DNA of 63,632 bases, the filler included, from Choristocarpus tenellus KU-1152 (Eukaryota; Protista; Phaeophyceae), in NCBI GenBank assembly GCA_964200185.2. It is 10 parts of 10 records of this genome, joined end to end, with 100 filler letters (N's around TTAATTAATTAA, not from the genome) between each part and the next. Parts side by side here need not be neighbours in the genome. Positions count along the whole stretch, not along the records: positions 30,265 to 44,161 come from CAXNAD020001330.1; positions 44,262 to 47,439 come from CAXNAD020021747.1; positions 47,540 to 51,987 come from CAXNAD020014501.1; positions 52,088 to 54,721 come from CAXNAD020026092.1; 6 more parts are not named here. One strand, given 5' to 3'. The notes below the pieces were generated by a model, which did not search any database, was not told the origin of the DNA, and worked only from the letters and a program-made list of their open reading frames with translations. The position numbers were made by a program, and so were the translations under genes. Position 1 is the first letter of the stretch, and the number at the start of each line of letters is the position of its first letter. Shown here one piece after another: positions 39,201-52,141 of the stretch.

Positions 39201-42200
39201 AGACATATGAGTTCTGTATGTACATATGTGAGCCTGAACATTGTGTGAAGCGTACAGCAGCAGACAACCCCCGGGCTATGACAGTACACTAATTGGGTAA
39301 GTAAGGGTAGGGTTCTATTTACAAAAATATACGAAATCTTCTTGAACTTTGGTACTCTTCCACAATAGTGACATATTTCACAGTCTACAGGATAAGAAGG
39401 GTAGATGCATCAAACACTCTCTGTTGTATTGGCTTTGTCAATATGACTCCCATCAGCGTGAAAGTATCTCAGAGGGTACGAGTTTTGCCCTGTAAGTCCG
39501 TTTAGGGCTTGGCTTCCCACGGGTTTTTCATGGCTTTTTCCTACTCCAAAATGTTTTGGAGTAGATAATATGTAAACATTAGGAAAAGGTTTGTCAGGAA
39601 CAAGGATATCGACACTTCCTAACAAACGCGATAGTCAAAATTACATTAAAATCGCAATATTGGAGTTTGGTCCCCAAACGGACACGGCTCTACCCTCTAA
39701 GATATTTTGACTCTCAACACCAACTATGTCATCAAGGAGCTCAATATCCCATTATACTTCCCTGTCGTATGTGGAAAACAGTCACTAACTCTTATGAAGC
39801 AGCCCTGCAACTGCGTCATAGTCGGAAATTATGAACATACAGGTCATAATCCGGAGAAGAAAGGATTCATTATGCAAGCTATTTACTGAATGTTTTATTG
39901 ACTGATACAGGTTTTATTTTCCTCTGCTGGTCAGCATAAGCTTCCTGTCTCTACTTATTATTCGGAGGCACAGTATCAAAAAAGGATACTATGCAAGCCA
40001 CAGTAGACATGATACGAAATAGAGGTGAAACTATCTCAAAAGGAATAGGTAATCCCCGACTAAATGGGCTCTTCTCGCTTCATCCAGGATGTTTTAAGAC
40101 CACTCACGAGATAGAGAGGTCTAGACTGTGGATCAGTGCCGAGGAATGGTGTTTTAAGCTCATTTCCCTTGAGCCCTGGCTTTCTCGGCTCACTTCTGCG
40201 CCATCTCCTTGACCTCCATTGCCTGTGCCCCTTCCAGTTCCAGGCTGAGTGTCAATGTTATACAAAGGCTGTAGGCTGCAAGTATATAGACCAATAACTT
40301 CGCACTTTCCATCTCTATGTGCCATTGCTTCTGTCACCTTGTCAACAGCACCACCCACCTCTTGCACGACCTCCTTAATGACTTCCTCAACACCTTTTGT
40401 TCCTTTGGTATCCTCCACTTGTTTCTCCTTGGGGTTCTCCTTACGCATTTCTTCAGTCTGTACGTGTGGTAGACCCTTCAGGTGAGTTGTGCCAGAGGAG
40501 AAACGTTCGATCCCCCCCTGGCACCCGTTTACCCCCTTATGAGCCCTACACTCTTCCTGCTCCTCTCTTTCTAATCCTAGGTCTTCACTGACCTCAGTTG
40601 CAACACTGAGTTTGCTACCTCCTCCACTGACTCCAAGCTTTCCGGAACTGGAAGGGGAATTGATCGTTCTCCCTTTCCCTCCATTTCCCCGTGGCTCTGC
40701 AATGCCCTCCTTGGGCGACTCTTGCTGCTTTAAACTCAGAACCCAAGATGAACCCAGTGGACCAAGTGGACCCAGTGGACCCAGTGGACCCATCCCTTTT
40801 CTAGACTCTGGCCCCATCCCAGAACTTGATTGGTTTCTGCACAATACGGCTGCTTGCATGGAATCTCGGGTATTGGGGGTGGACATTACTGATACCCCAT
40901 TCCCATACCCATCGCATTGTTCTGCTTCAGAACCTTGCATGCAAGTGTCTGTGAACTGGGGTTGATTGCCATCGCTGAACAATGGCAATTGCGGCTTCAT
41001 CCTTTGACCTATGGATTCGCTCCTAAGAAGTAGGAAAAGGGAAATGGAGAGATGATTGTGCAAGCAAAAACTTATGAAGAGATAAACAACTTAGTGGTGT
41101 GAAAGCATTACTTCAAAATAGAGTTCAGGGGGAGGCTGGGCATGGGTACAATTGAGTTTGTTTTGGTATAGAGCTCACTGGGATGGGTATGATACACGGT
41201 CATGTTGTGTTGGGAATTCAAAAACTTTTTATTGCAAAGCTAGAAAAAAAATGCTGGCATTATTCTTTGTTTTCCATTAGTAGCAAGAAGGGGACGGTTT
41301 ATTACTTTATCCTCCTTTCACTTCCTGAAGAAATAATGCTTACCAAGATTATCACTGCTGTTCCTGTTGTTGACCCTAAGTGACCAAGAGGGGAATGTCA
41401 CTGAGTTTTATCGTCTTTTCTCACATTCTACTGAAATAAATTTCTTGGGCAAACAGTCCACAGCTGTTGAGTATATTTTGACTATTTCGTTAATTAAATC
41501 CAACTTTACGGAAGCTAGTTATCAATATTGAGATCCTTCTTCAAACATCTTTATGTTCTTTAAGAATGAAAAAAATGAAAAAAATGAAACAGTCATAGCA
41601 CTCACCCGTATTAGTTACTCAAATTCAATGTCTTAATGACCATTTCTAGAGTATAACATATATACCATCCCCTTGGTTTTTGTATTGGTTTTCTTCCATG
41701 TTTCCTTGGCTGTATCCCCTCAATCATAACGTGATTGCAGCAAGGCGTAAGGACAATTCAAGGTCATGTTAAGTTACTTTTCACTCTCAAAAATAGAAAC
41801 TGGACAATACATGTATGTGGTGGGAAACCGAGCAATTGGATGTACCTGCATGTAGTTAAATATATGTATGCGATGCAAAAGGTCTCAGCTTTGCCTGATG
41901 TCCTTACAAATTCTAAGGCTCTGTAAATTTTGTTTGAAATCGAGCGGATATGCCAACTACCAAGTGCCTCGTTTGTCTATTGTTCCCCTTAAAAAGATTG
42001 AAATTAGCAATCTAAGCCAATGACATTTAACCTTACACTCTTCGGTCACATATTTCTATCCTTATCCAACTTGCCAGTGGCAAATGCGGGGTATGGAGAC
42101 AGTCAATGGACCAAACGGACCAGGCCAGCATTAAGAGGTTAAACGAGGTGCCAAGACAAAGGTATAGTAGGAGCAAAAGCGGCATACAGTTCCTTCCATT

Positions 42201-43235
42201 TATGTACATGTCTCAAGCTTGTGATGCATACTTATCCTCTCAACCTTAGCACTACCCAAGAGTGATAGATAAAAGCAGTGCTTAGTTCCCAATAAATGCG
42301 AAGCTTGACTCAGTACAACAGAGAAGGGACAGATTGATAATGGAGATTTGGAAGAAAATATTGGGCTACTGAAGTACACATTATTATTGAATGCTTCTCT
42401 CACCCAACCTCCTTCAGCTTGAACCCCTCCCTTCCATGCACTTGCTCTCCCACATCATCCGCTCTGTCACCTTTCGTATTGCTGGTGACACCAATGTCAC
42501 TGACCGTGAGAGCATCACCAAAGGCCGGAGCTGGATGGCCAGTGCCACCAGCAGAACCTACAAAGCCAAGCCAGTGTTCCCCCCTCGCCCTAAGCCCTGC
42601 CCCACTACCTCCACTGACAACCTCCCCCAACTTCTGAGGTAAGGATATTCTAACATGTGAGATCTTGATTCCATCCCTGGCCTCGCTTTGGATCTTGGTC
42701 TGGTGATGGTACTGACCCTGGTCCACATGGTGATCCTGATCTTCTCTCTCAACAGAAAAAGGCTCAGTTCTAGTTGCAAGGCTGCTGTCAAGGCTATCTG
42801 TTGACATGTCCCTGCATGGTTGGTTATGTTTTCCCCATACACAGACAGGCAGGTACACAAGGAGGGAGGGGCAAGGAGGGAGGATATGTCAACACTCTTA
42901 AAATTCTTTTGTGCCGTCTATTTTTTTGTGTTTGAATGTAATGGCAGAAAAAATCCACAAACTCACACAGAATTTGTGCAGTCATTCCGACCAGGCTTGC
43001 AAAGTTGAAGGAAAGCAGTCAGGAATCAGTGAAGAAATGTATAGCAGGATTGTAAGCCTGTCCAAGTACGAGCCTGAGTGGAGGACGAACCAAGAAGGAA
43101 TAGTGCACAACATCTCACCTGCAGCTAAGGTTGCCGACTCCTCTTCCCTCTAACTCTACAACTGTGATCTCTCCAGCGCAAATGGTTTTCGGCATTCTTA
43201 GTGCTGGCGTTGGATGGTCGGTAATGTAGTGGCAG
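33247..43235 (-). CDS. Very large multi-exon, G/S/E/K-rich, predicted disordered protein of unknown function (5' end not seen)
   Basis: Phase-compatible exons ~43235..43119, 42811..42404, 41022..40108, 39095..37610, ~35400..33579 (acceptor uncertain) and terminal 33370..33247. They correspond to the 152-, 319-, 529- and 691-aa ORFs. No recognisable domain. Confidence 0.6.
39456..39713 (+). mobile_element. MITE family A, intronic full copy, TSD TCA
   Basis: GCGTGAAAGTATCTCAGAGGGTA...TACCCTCTAAGATATTTTGACTC; TCA on both flanks. Confidence 0.92.
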
Positions 43236-44041
43236 CTGTTGTCTGGAACCTTATCGAAGGGGGATGTGACCAGCCAAGGGTGTGCAGAGCAGGTAATTGT
43301 GAAGAAGTGGATTGCCTTGGGAAGGATATCTAAGACTGAGGTGTATGGGACAGGGTACAAAAATGCACATGAGAGTACACAAGACTGCAATAGTTCATAC
43401 ATCGCTTTTCTTGCAGTCAATAGGACAGGCAGATTTTAGTTTTACTTTTCCTACCTGTGGTGATTCTTCTTTCAATTAATCACATTTATCTATGCACCGG
43501 TCCGGCAGGTGCCTATTTCTCATCAAAGTTCGCCACCAGTATCTACATTTGCTGTACCTCATCCACCTGACAGAATTTTGAAACCGTCCTATGCTTAATG
43601 GATGCAGAAGAACAAGAGCAGTAGGATCTGGTCTCACCTGCCCCCCCCCAAGCCCAGACACTATGCTTGTTGTATTTTCTGATGCACCCAGCCACCTATC
43701 TCTGATTGCCATCAGCTCTGGCGAAAGGTGTGGCCACCTTTTTGTGAATGGAGAGAGATCACAATATACAGTATCAGGTTGTGCGTTGTCTACACTATTT
43801 CAATACACCAAAAAGGAGCAGGTGTCAGAATCCAGGGCCCTCATGCACAAGCTGAAGTCAGCAGTCAGCTGAAGAGAAGAATATTGTCATCGAGGGTACA
43901 TGGGTTGTCAAAAAATGCAAGGCGGCAAGTGTGAACTCATGTCTTGAACAAATGTACCATGTACCTCAGACTCTCTTATCTGCTGGTGTCAACCTTGAGT
44001 TAAAGGTTAGGATTAGGTTCTAAGGATCTTTGCCATGTATT

Positions 44042-44161
44042 CGCTCAAAGTATCTGGGGGGGGGGGAGGGGGGGGGGGTCTACACCAGGGGGTCCATTTG
44101 GGCCCTGACCAGGGGAATTGCACATACATTATCCATCTGCCTCATGCACCCAACTCACACA
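44042..44161 (+). mobile_element. MITE family B left part at contig edge
   Basis: CGCTCAAAGTATCT(G)n..TCTACACCAGGGGGTCCATTTG. Confidence 0.82.
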
Positions 44162-44261
44162 NNNNNNNNNNNNNNNNNNNNNNNNNNNNNNNNNNNNNNN
44201 NNNNNTTAATTAATTAANNNNNNNNNNNNNNNNNNNNNNNNNNNNNNNNNNNNNNNNNNNN
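44162..44261. other. Artificial contig linker
   Basis: Same 100-bp block. Confidence 0.98.
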
Positions 44262-46490
44262 GGGTGATCGGAGTGGAGGCCATTCAGGGGAATACCCCAG
44301 GGGACAAGGGGGGGGTGGGGATGGAGATGTGGAGGGGGAGGGTGGGGAAGGTGGGGAGGACAGTGGTAGGGAGTGTGCAGAGCAGGGTGGAAGGCTGGTG
44401 GCTGAGACCTGGGGTGGAGCAGGAACTATACCAAAAAAGTGGGTGCTGGGGTGGGGGAAAGGTAAACTATGGGGGGGGGGCAGAGACCAGGAGAAAGTCA
44501 AATCCGCCACATTCCCTGCCACGGGGGCCTGGCGGGGTATTGTGAGGTCTGGATCAAAGAGTGAGGGTCGAAGCATTGACACCATCACTGCAGGCACCTC
44601 CATTGGTACCCATGGTTACGGTTCCCTTGGTGATGCTGAGCTTGAAGCACGTAGAAGGATAATGGACCGAGAATTGAATGCCATGCGTCTGGCTATTACT
44701 CACGACTTTGATGCCCGTTTCCCTCCACCACTCAAGTGCTGTGCCCCAGGGTGTGATCGAACTTTCACCGAGGACAGCCACTATCGTGAACATTGGGCAG
44801 GACTGCAGAAGGTAGACACAGTAGCAGCACCCCTGAGCTCTAGGCAACCTCTTGTGGAAGGAGCAAGGGGAGATGGTAAGATGCTTGTGAAACCGAAGTC
44901 GCAGATCGGGACTGGGCTGGTACAACTACCAGTATCATCCTTAGAGTCAGGATCAAGGTCTGAGTTCTGTTTGTCTAAAGCAAAACCATGTGCACACAAA
45001 GATGTTCCTGCAGTCACAGAAGAAGGTCACCCTGAACTTGGGTTTGTGGAGGTTGCAGCTTTCCACTTGGCAGTAACAGATACACAGACAGGAGGTGCAG
45101 AGGCGGTTACCACTTACATCTTGAGAGAGTGGGGGGCAGGGAGTGCGCTGCACACTCTGTTATTCTGGGAGGCTGTTGACCTCTGGAGGTGTCACTTGCA
45201 AGGTGGTTTGGGGTCTAACTTTGTGTTGGATGCTCTTCAAATGTACAAGACGTACCTCTGCTTGCATGCTCCACGAGCAGCAACTCTATCACAACTGACA
45301 CGCCAAGGACTGTGCAGGGACTTGGGAGAGGCTCAGTCTATTGTAGACCAAAGTGGAATAGTAGACGGAAAATCACTTCAGGTACAAGGCCAGGAGATTG
45401 CAGGGCACAGTCCGGGGATGGTGGGTGAGGGGATGAGACACAAGCATACTGGTGCTGGTGTTGGAGTGGTGGCAGGTCAAAGATCTGTCACGACAGGAAA
45501 GACTCAAGTGAGGAGAAGGCGAAGTGACGTAGTCACTGGTGAACTGACATGGGAGTCATTGTATGTCACATCAGGGGGGGGGGGCAATAAAGGAGATGAG
45601 GTTTCCACCAGAGAACCAAAATGGAGGAGGGACAAGGCAGATGGGAAGATGAAATCAATTATTCGTCCAGGGATGTTTGATCAGGCCCAGTGGGAGGCCC
45701 TTCAGCACCTTTCCGTGGCTGTTGGGTCAGGTTTCTGGGCGTCTGATCTGGGACAACAGTATGCCTTGATCTACATGAGAGAGGTTGAGAGGAAGAGGTT
45801 GGCAGCCACCATGAGCTACAAGATGGAGGTTGGGAAAGAAGGAAGATGACATGCACACATACAAGTGTTGTTGCCAAGAAAAGCCATCATCATCTCTTTG
45901 CCCTTTGTTCTCTTCCTTCTCTCTCCCTCCTCCCTCCTCCCTCCCCTCCTTGCACATTCCTACTCATCTATCTCTCTCCTCCACCTCCACTTACTTTTCA
46001 CTGTTCTATTGCGTGCCAGTTAATAACAATATGGTCTATAGGCAATGCTACTACTACTACTGCTACCACTGCTGCTACATTATTACCAACATAGAAATAA
46101 AATACCTTTGTGTGTAATAATTTCATTAAGGCTGAGGGGGTGGGAGGCATGGCCCAGGTAGGAGCACTTTCAACAACAAAATTGTACATTGGTTACCAAG
46201 AGTAAATATGATGCATTGCGGCCCTTGTACCATTACCTTATCTTGTCAATCTCAGCATGACTCCTTGGGTTGTGCCATCTATGTGTCGGTGGGGTGTGTA
46301 TACCTTTTCTTTGCAGCGGAGAGACAGGCTCCTCAATGAGGCAAGAGAGGTGAAACAAACCCTGTTTCGTGCGAAGGAGATGAGGGTGATGGCTGTCACA
46401 ACTCAGATCCTGGACATTGTACTGGAGACAGTGTCTGAGACCCTGCTCAAAAGTATGGTGGCCAGGGCAGAGGCTATTGTCATCACCGAG
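44262..46490 (+). CDS. Zinc-finger (C2H2-like) plus RGS-domain protein, partial
   Basis: Exon open from contig start to 45828 (GAG|GTTGGG), then exon 46317..46490. CCAPGCDRTFTEDSHYREH finger. RGS hallmarks LLFWEAVDLWR, ALQMYKTYL...AP, MFDQAQWEALQHL, FWASDLGQQY. Confidence 0.75.
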
Positions 46491-46492
46491 GT

Positions 46493-46751
46493 GAGTGAAA
46501 GTATCTTAGGGGGTACGATTTTTGCCCTGTTTGTCCATTTGGGGCTTGGCTTCCCACAGTTTTTGTTTTTGACATTTTACCTACTCCGAAATGTTTCGGA
46601 GTTTAAAATGCCTATGTTATGAAAAGGTGTGCCAGGAACAAGGATATTGACACTTCTTAACAAACACGATAGCCAAAATTACATGAAAATTGCAACATTG
46701 GATTTTGGCCCCCAAACGGACACGACTCTACCCTATAACATACTTCGACTC
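46493..46751 (+). mobile_element. MITE family A inserted at an exon end, TSD AGGT
   Basis: ...CACCGAGGT[GAGTGAAAG...TTCGACTC]AGGTGAAG. Confidence 0.93.
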
Positions 46752-47194
46752 AGGTGAAGAAGCTGCACTGGAATGTACATTTTACATTCCAGCTCATTCT
46801 TCTGTGGATATATCAGTATCAATATATATTCATATTTAAATAGGATAAATTGCTTTGTCCTCCTCCAAGGAGTCGGAACACAATACTCACACATTGCTAT
46901 TTGCAACATGGCTCAGAGCTCAGAATGTATCAACCCCTGAAAGATTCAAGAGAGCTCAGTAATATAGCTTATCTGTTGCTGCTGCTGCTGCTACTACTAC
47001 TGTATATTTTATTATTTTGGAGCATTTTACTTGTGATGGTGGTTTCACTAAGTTAAAGAAATATATATATATATATTCAAGTTGTTAAAAAAATGTTACC
47101 AATATATATCAACAGCAAATAAATGTAAGCCAAGAAAGTCGAAACTGATTGGTTCTCACTTTTATTGAGCACTTTGAACCAGCAATATTCACTG

Positions 47195-47439
47195 GAGTGA
47201 AAGTATCTTAGAGGGTACGAGTTTTGCCCTGTTTGTCCATTTGGGGCTTGGCTTCCCATTTTTTTTTTAATGACATTTTCCTACTCCAAAATATTTAGGA
47301 GTAGGTAAAATTTATGTTATGAAAAGGTGTGTCCGGAATAGGGATATAAAGACATCCTAACAAACACGATAGCCAAAACTATATCAAAATTGCAACATTG
47401 GATTGTGGCCCCCCAAAATGGACACGTATCTACCCTCTA
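47195..47439 (+). mobile_element. MITE family A, right end cut by linker
   Basis: Left TIR intact; runs to TACCCTCTA at the gap. Confidence 0.9.
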
Positions 47440-47539
47440 NNNNNNNNNNNNNNNNNNNNNNNNNNNNNNNNNNNNNNNNNNNNTTAATTAATTAANNNNN
47501 NNNNNNNNNNNNNNNNNNNNNNNNNNNNNNNNNNNNNNN
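47440..47539. other. Artificial contig linker
   Basis: Same 100-bp block. Confidence 0.98.
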
Positions 47540-47645
47540 GGGGGGGAGGTTTGGTTTGGGTTAGGGTTAGGGTTAGTGGAACAGGACGCAGAAATGGGAT
47601 TGGATAAGAAGAGATCATGGTCAAAACAAAGCCTGGATGCTGACA

Positions 47646-47648
<3 letters not shown>

Positions 47649-47682
<34 letters not shown>
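47649..47682. repeat. (AG)n microsatellite
   Basis: Direct reading. Confidence 0.95.
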
Positions 47683-47690
<8 letters not shown>

Positions 47691-48204
47691 CAGAGCATGC
47701 CGCATGCACCCCCACAAAAAATAATAACCAATTGAAAATTACCCCCCTTCTATTCTTGGTTCTATTATCTATCACAATCTCACTCATCACTATGTTTCAC
47801 AACACTACATGTGGCGCAGCATCATGATAGTACAAAATGTTGGGATTGACTCTAACGGGACGAAGAAGGACAAGACACACAAAACCAACCCACACATCAA
47901 CCTGTCTAAGCACGATCTGGGACCGAGGTGATTTATGCAATCCAACAATAACAATGGCTTGACACCGATAAAAGGTGGCAAGTGGAATCGAATACCCTCT
48001 GTCACAAAACATCAAAAAAATCTACAGCATCACTTTCACAGCAACAAGTGGGAACAAGACGGCCTACTTGACAAACCTCAAAGCAATTGCTCATCCAGAA
48101 AACAAAGCAATTGCAACACCTCCCTCTGTCCATTCCCAAACGCGACACCAACAAATTGCCCAGCTCTCCTCCTCCAACCCTCCCAAGCACCTCCCTCAAA
48201 TCAC

Positions 48205-49562
48205 CTTGCAGCGGTATCCCTCATGACAGACCATGCACGTGAGCCCCGTCTCTTCTTCCAACCCCATCATCTCAGACATCCATGTAGGTGCGCTAGAAGT
48301 AACAGTGACTTGACCTCTTCCACCGCCACCATCACCACTATTGCTACTTTTGGTACTCCTCCCCCCTGCCCTGCCCGAATTAACAGGACTGCTACTGTCC
48401 ACCTGCAGCAAAGAAAATTCAGGGTTAGCCCTGGAGCACTCACTCATTTAACCATACATATATTCAACACACACAAACATGTGCTAACAAACAAAACATT
48501 CACATGAACAAGATGCCCTCAACTACATGAAATATACTGTACAACTGCATGAAATACCTCCATTGCCCCCACCTGATCCCCCTTGGAGTTCCCCAATGCT
48601 GGACCAGCTATTCCCACCCCAGTTATAGAGGTCCCGATCCTCATAGACTTGAGAGCACGGTCCCTCCGGGCCTGCGCCAGCTTGCGTTTCGCAGAACGGG
48701 TTTCATTCCTAAGGCGTTTCACTTCTGCACCTGTGACACTGTTGTCGTGTGTAACTGCCTCCAAGAGCATCTCTGCAAGCAAGCCCACCTGGTTGGGGAA
48801 GGGCGATTTGGTTGTACAGCATCATGATCTTTTGGTGAGAGATTTTTTTTTGAAGAGGTTAGCGCCTCTAGGTGATCTGTGTACATGAATGTGTGTGTGT
48901 GTGTGTGTGTGTGTGTGTCATCTATGTCACAGGAGGAGGCAAGGAATGCGTATTGACGTATCAGTCCCCTAACAACAAACACCATCAATGATGATCTGCT
49001 AGAAAAACATACTCATCCACCAACTGCAACTATGTACCGACCAACCAAAAGATTTCATTCTTTACTCTCCCATATTTCCCTTTTCCCCTCTACAAAACAC
49101 CACCCCAACTTGATCAGACAAATATACAAGCATAGCACTAACAATCCCAAGCAACCCCATGACCCCCCCCCCCCACTCACCTCTCCAGATGTCGATGTCC
49201 CTTCCATCCAGTGCAGCTTCTCCAAAAGTCCCCTCTCTGCAAGCAAGCCCTGGACTCCAGCATGACCCCGGCAGAGACCAGCTAGAACTCTCAAAGCTCT
49301 GGGCAGCCCAGGGCGCTCAAAGTATGCAGCCCAAGAGAGCCCACTTGTGGAAGTTGCGGCTTGGGCGGTAGCAGCAGAGGAGGGTGGGGGAGGAGCAGAG
49401 GCAGGTACTCCCTGGACAACAAAATCCACTGCCTGGGCAACAAAACCTTGAGCGACATGCAAGTGGTACCGTCATTTTTGGAGAGAGGTGTAAGGATGAG
49501 GGACAGAATGACAGAAGTGGTTGCGGTTTCAATAAAATGTGTGTGTGTGTATGTGTGTATGT

Positions 49563-49623
<61 letters not shown>

Positions 49624-51522
49624 TTATTCTGCTTGGAAGAATACTACTATTCAGAGTAGGTATATACTACCAAAGATTCTATTTCTCAAGTTCAACTATT
49701 ACCCTGTGACACATTGCTCCCAAGCGTTAGTACAGGGGTTAAGAGTCCTTTCCCCTTTGAGGGAGACCTTCCACCACAGAGATAAATCTCGGCTCGTGTA
49801 CACCACACTTCAAGATCATCTGCACATACGAGGCATACATACAAACACAGAAAACACCACATGCCTCAAGTCGTCCATCCCCCTACTGCACCCATCGAAG
49901 TCCTCCCCTTCCTCACACAAATCAGAGACGTCTCAATCACATTCCCAAGCCCCCTACCATTCTGTAGCAGGCTGTCTCGAACCACTCGCACTGCTCTCCC
50001 TGTTCCCATGCTCTCTGCCGCATCCATGAAGCACTGTCGGCGCAAACGAGTAATAGCAGGTGAGGGCAACGTGCTGGATGGGTCCGGATTTCCCAGCAGG
50101 GTCTGCTGCACCTCCCCTGATACACCTTCCATCATGGCATCTGAGACCACATCTTCCCATAGGACAGCCTGCATGCCAGCAAGGGGTTTGATGAGGAGGT
50201 ATAGGAGAGTAAAGTAAGCAAGGCAGGGTCATACTTTGGTTGATCTTGTATCTCATTTTGTAGACTAAAGTTCTGCAGCTTCTTAGTTGTACCGAGACAA
50301 GACTGTTGCCTCTTAAAATATTTTTTTTTTTAAAGCAACAGAGGATACAGCCACTGTAGAGACTATTGCAGAACAGAACACTAACCGCAAACCGCGCATC
50401 TATGTTTCTACTATTATACCATGTTGACTGCCCAAACATTGTCAGTTATTGGAGCATGATAGGCTAGAATACTCACCTATATAGCATGGTACTAAATCAC
50501 ACTCTCTTCCCCCCCAAAACATCATCCCGACAATCCTCACTCTCTTACACACACACACACACACAAACTCGGTGCCCCTACCACTCCCTGAAAGACTAGA
50601 AATAGTCTCTACTACAGAAACACACCCTGTACTTCAAAATACAGACACAAAGACACACACACCAACCCCAGCCCTCACCCTAAAAAAGATGCTAAAGTTC
50701 GTTTGTCGTAATAACTCCTTCGACAGAGGGAGTACCTCTGCAGTACAATACAAACCTTCCAAACAACATCAATCATCCTCTCACCCACCTGTGCAAACTT
50801 TTCCGCAAGATGCTGAGCGGTATGAACCCTGCCATAAGTGAGGAAAGGAAGGAGGCGAGACACCGCCTGCGCAAGGGAGGGAGTCTTCTGCAACACCTCC
50901 GTCAGCGCCGGTTCCTGTGCACACCAAAACCACCGTAGTGTTCCACCAACATCAGCGCAATCAGCAAAGTGCCAAGACTACTCTCCTCAGTAAGGCTAAC
51001 CAATAGATATACTCAGAACTAACTTGATCGGAAACCATGGGGGAGGAGTTAACATTGTCCAGGCCAACATCTACCTTACACTTAACACACAATTGCTGCC
51101 ATTCAGAGAAGATCATCGCCCGGTTCATCCCACGGCGGAATATAAAGCCTACCCGTAATACAACCTCCCCTCCACCCCCCACCCCCCCTCACCTCAAGGG
51201 CCTCAAACAGGAATGAAAGGTGCCTCTTACTGTCCTCTTCAGTACCATCCCCCTCCCCCTGCCCAACCCCGCCTTGGTTCACAATCTGCTCCTCTCCATC
51301 CGGCACCTCATTTCCCACCACAGCCCCCACACCAGAAGGCGTGACTGCCCTTGCCCCTGCCCCTGACCCCACGCAAGCAGACCCAGGCTGTACCTGCTTG
51401 CTTATCAACTCATCTGCTGCACTCTCTCTAGCTGAAACAGCATTGGAAGGACATGCTGGAGTAGCGCTCCCTGCCACATCTTCACCGAGGATTTCTACAT
51501 TGGAGGCGTTGCTGGCAACATC
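48205..51522 (-). CDS. UBR4: E3 ubiquitin ligase UBR4/BIG, C-terminal region (partial)
   Basis: Phase-consistent exons 51522..51193, 50914..50789, 50168..49958, 49446..49181, 48788..48573, 48402..48205. Motifs SRLLPFLTYG, W..YFERPGLPRALRVLAGLCRGH, LHWMEGTSTSGEVGLLAEMLLEA, RLRNETRSAKRKLAQARR and GLEEETGLTCMVCHEGY match the UBR4 C-terminal E3 domain. Confidence 0.9.
49538..49622. repeat. (GT)n microsatellite in a UBR4 intron
   Basis: Direct reading; further (GT)n tracts at ~5711-5732 and ~48889-48918. Confidence 0.95.
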
Positions 51523-51943
51523 CTGCAATGGTGAAGGTGATTGAGTCGGAGTAGGTAGGTGCTAGGTTCCAGGATCACAAATGTTAGGGGCAAAGCAGAA
51601 ACATACTTAGAGTGGAGTGGGTCCAATCTACAATCTGCTCGCACTTTCTGCACTCACAAAGCTACTGCATGGAGTTTAGGACCACTGTAGGACTACTCAC
51701 AGGACTTCGAAGCAAAACATGCCACACAACCCATCCCACTTGACAAGGCAGCAGCATCAATCCACTCCAAACCCCTACCACATAGCGATGACCAATACTG
51801 AGATGTCTCAATAGATGCGTCTAAACACATATATGGAGCAGAAAACATCTCCCCAAAGATCAATCCAGACTATCACCACCCCACAAATGAAAACTCTACT
51901 GAGCATGAATCCCAATCTAAAGTAAGCTCACTCACAGAACCTA

Positions 51944-51944
<1 letters not shown>

Positions 51945-51987
<43 letters not shown>
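51945..51987. repeat. Poly-C run at contig end
   Basis: Direct reading; its length may be a sequencing artefact. Confidence 0.85.
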
Positions 51988-52087
51988 NNNNNNNNNNNNN
52001 NNNNNNNNNNNNNNNNNNNNNNNNNNNNNNNTTAATTAATTAANNNNNNNNNNNNNNNNNNNNNNNNNNNNNNNNNNNNNNNNNNNN
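51988..52087. other. Artificial contig linker
   Basis: Same 100-bp block. Confidence 0.98.
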
Positions 52088-52141
52088 CCGTCTTCCCCTG
52101 AATGAACAGCCCCCCCCCCCCCCCCCTAGATACGTTGAGCC
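52088..52141 (+). mobile_element. MITE family B right end at contig start
   Basis: AATGAACAG(C)nTAGATACGTTGAGCC. Confidence 0.7.

Noticed and set aside
49361-50029. 222-aa plus-strand ORF with CVCVCV
   Set aside because: Product of a (GT)n microsatellite and antisense to UBR4 exons.
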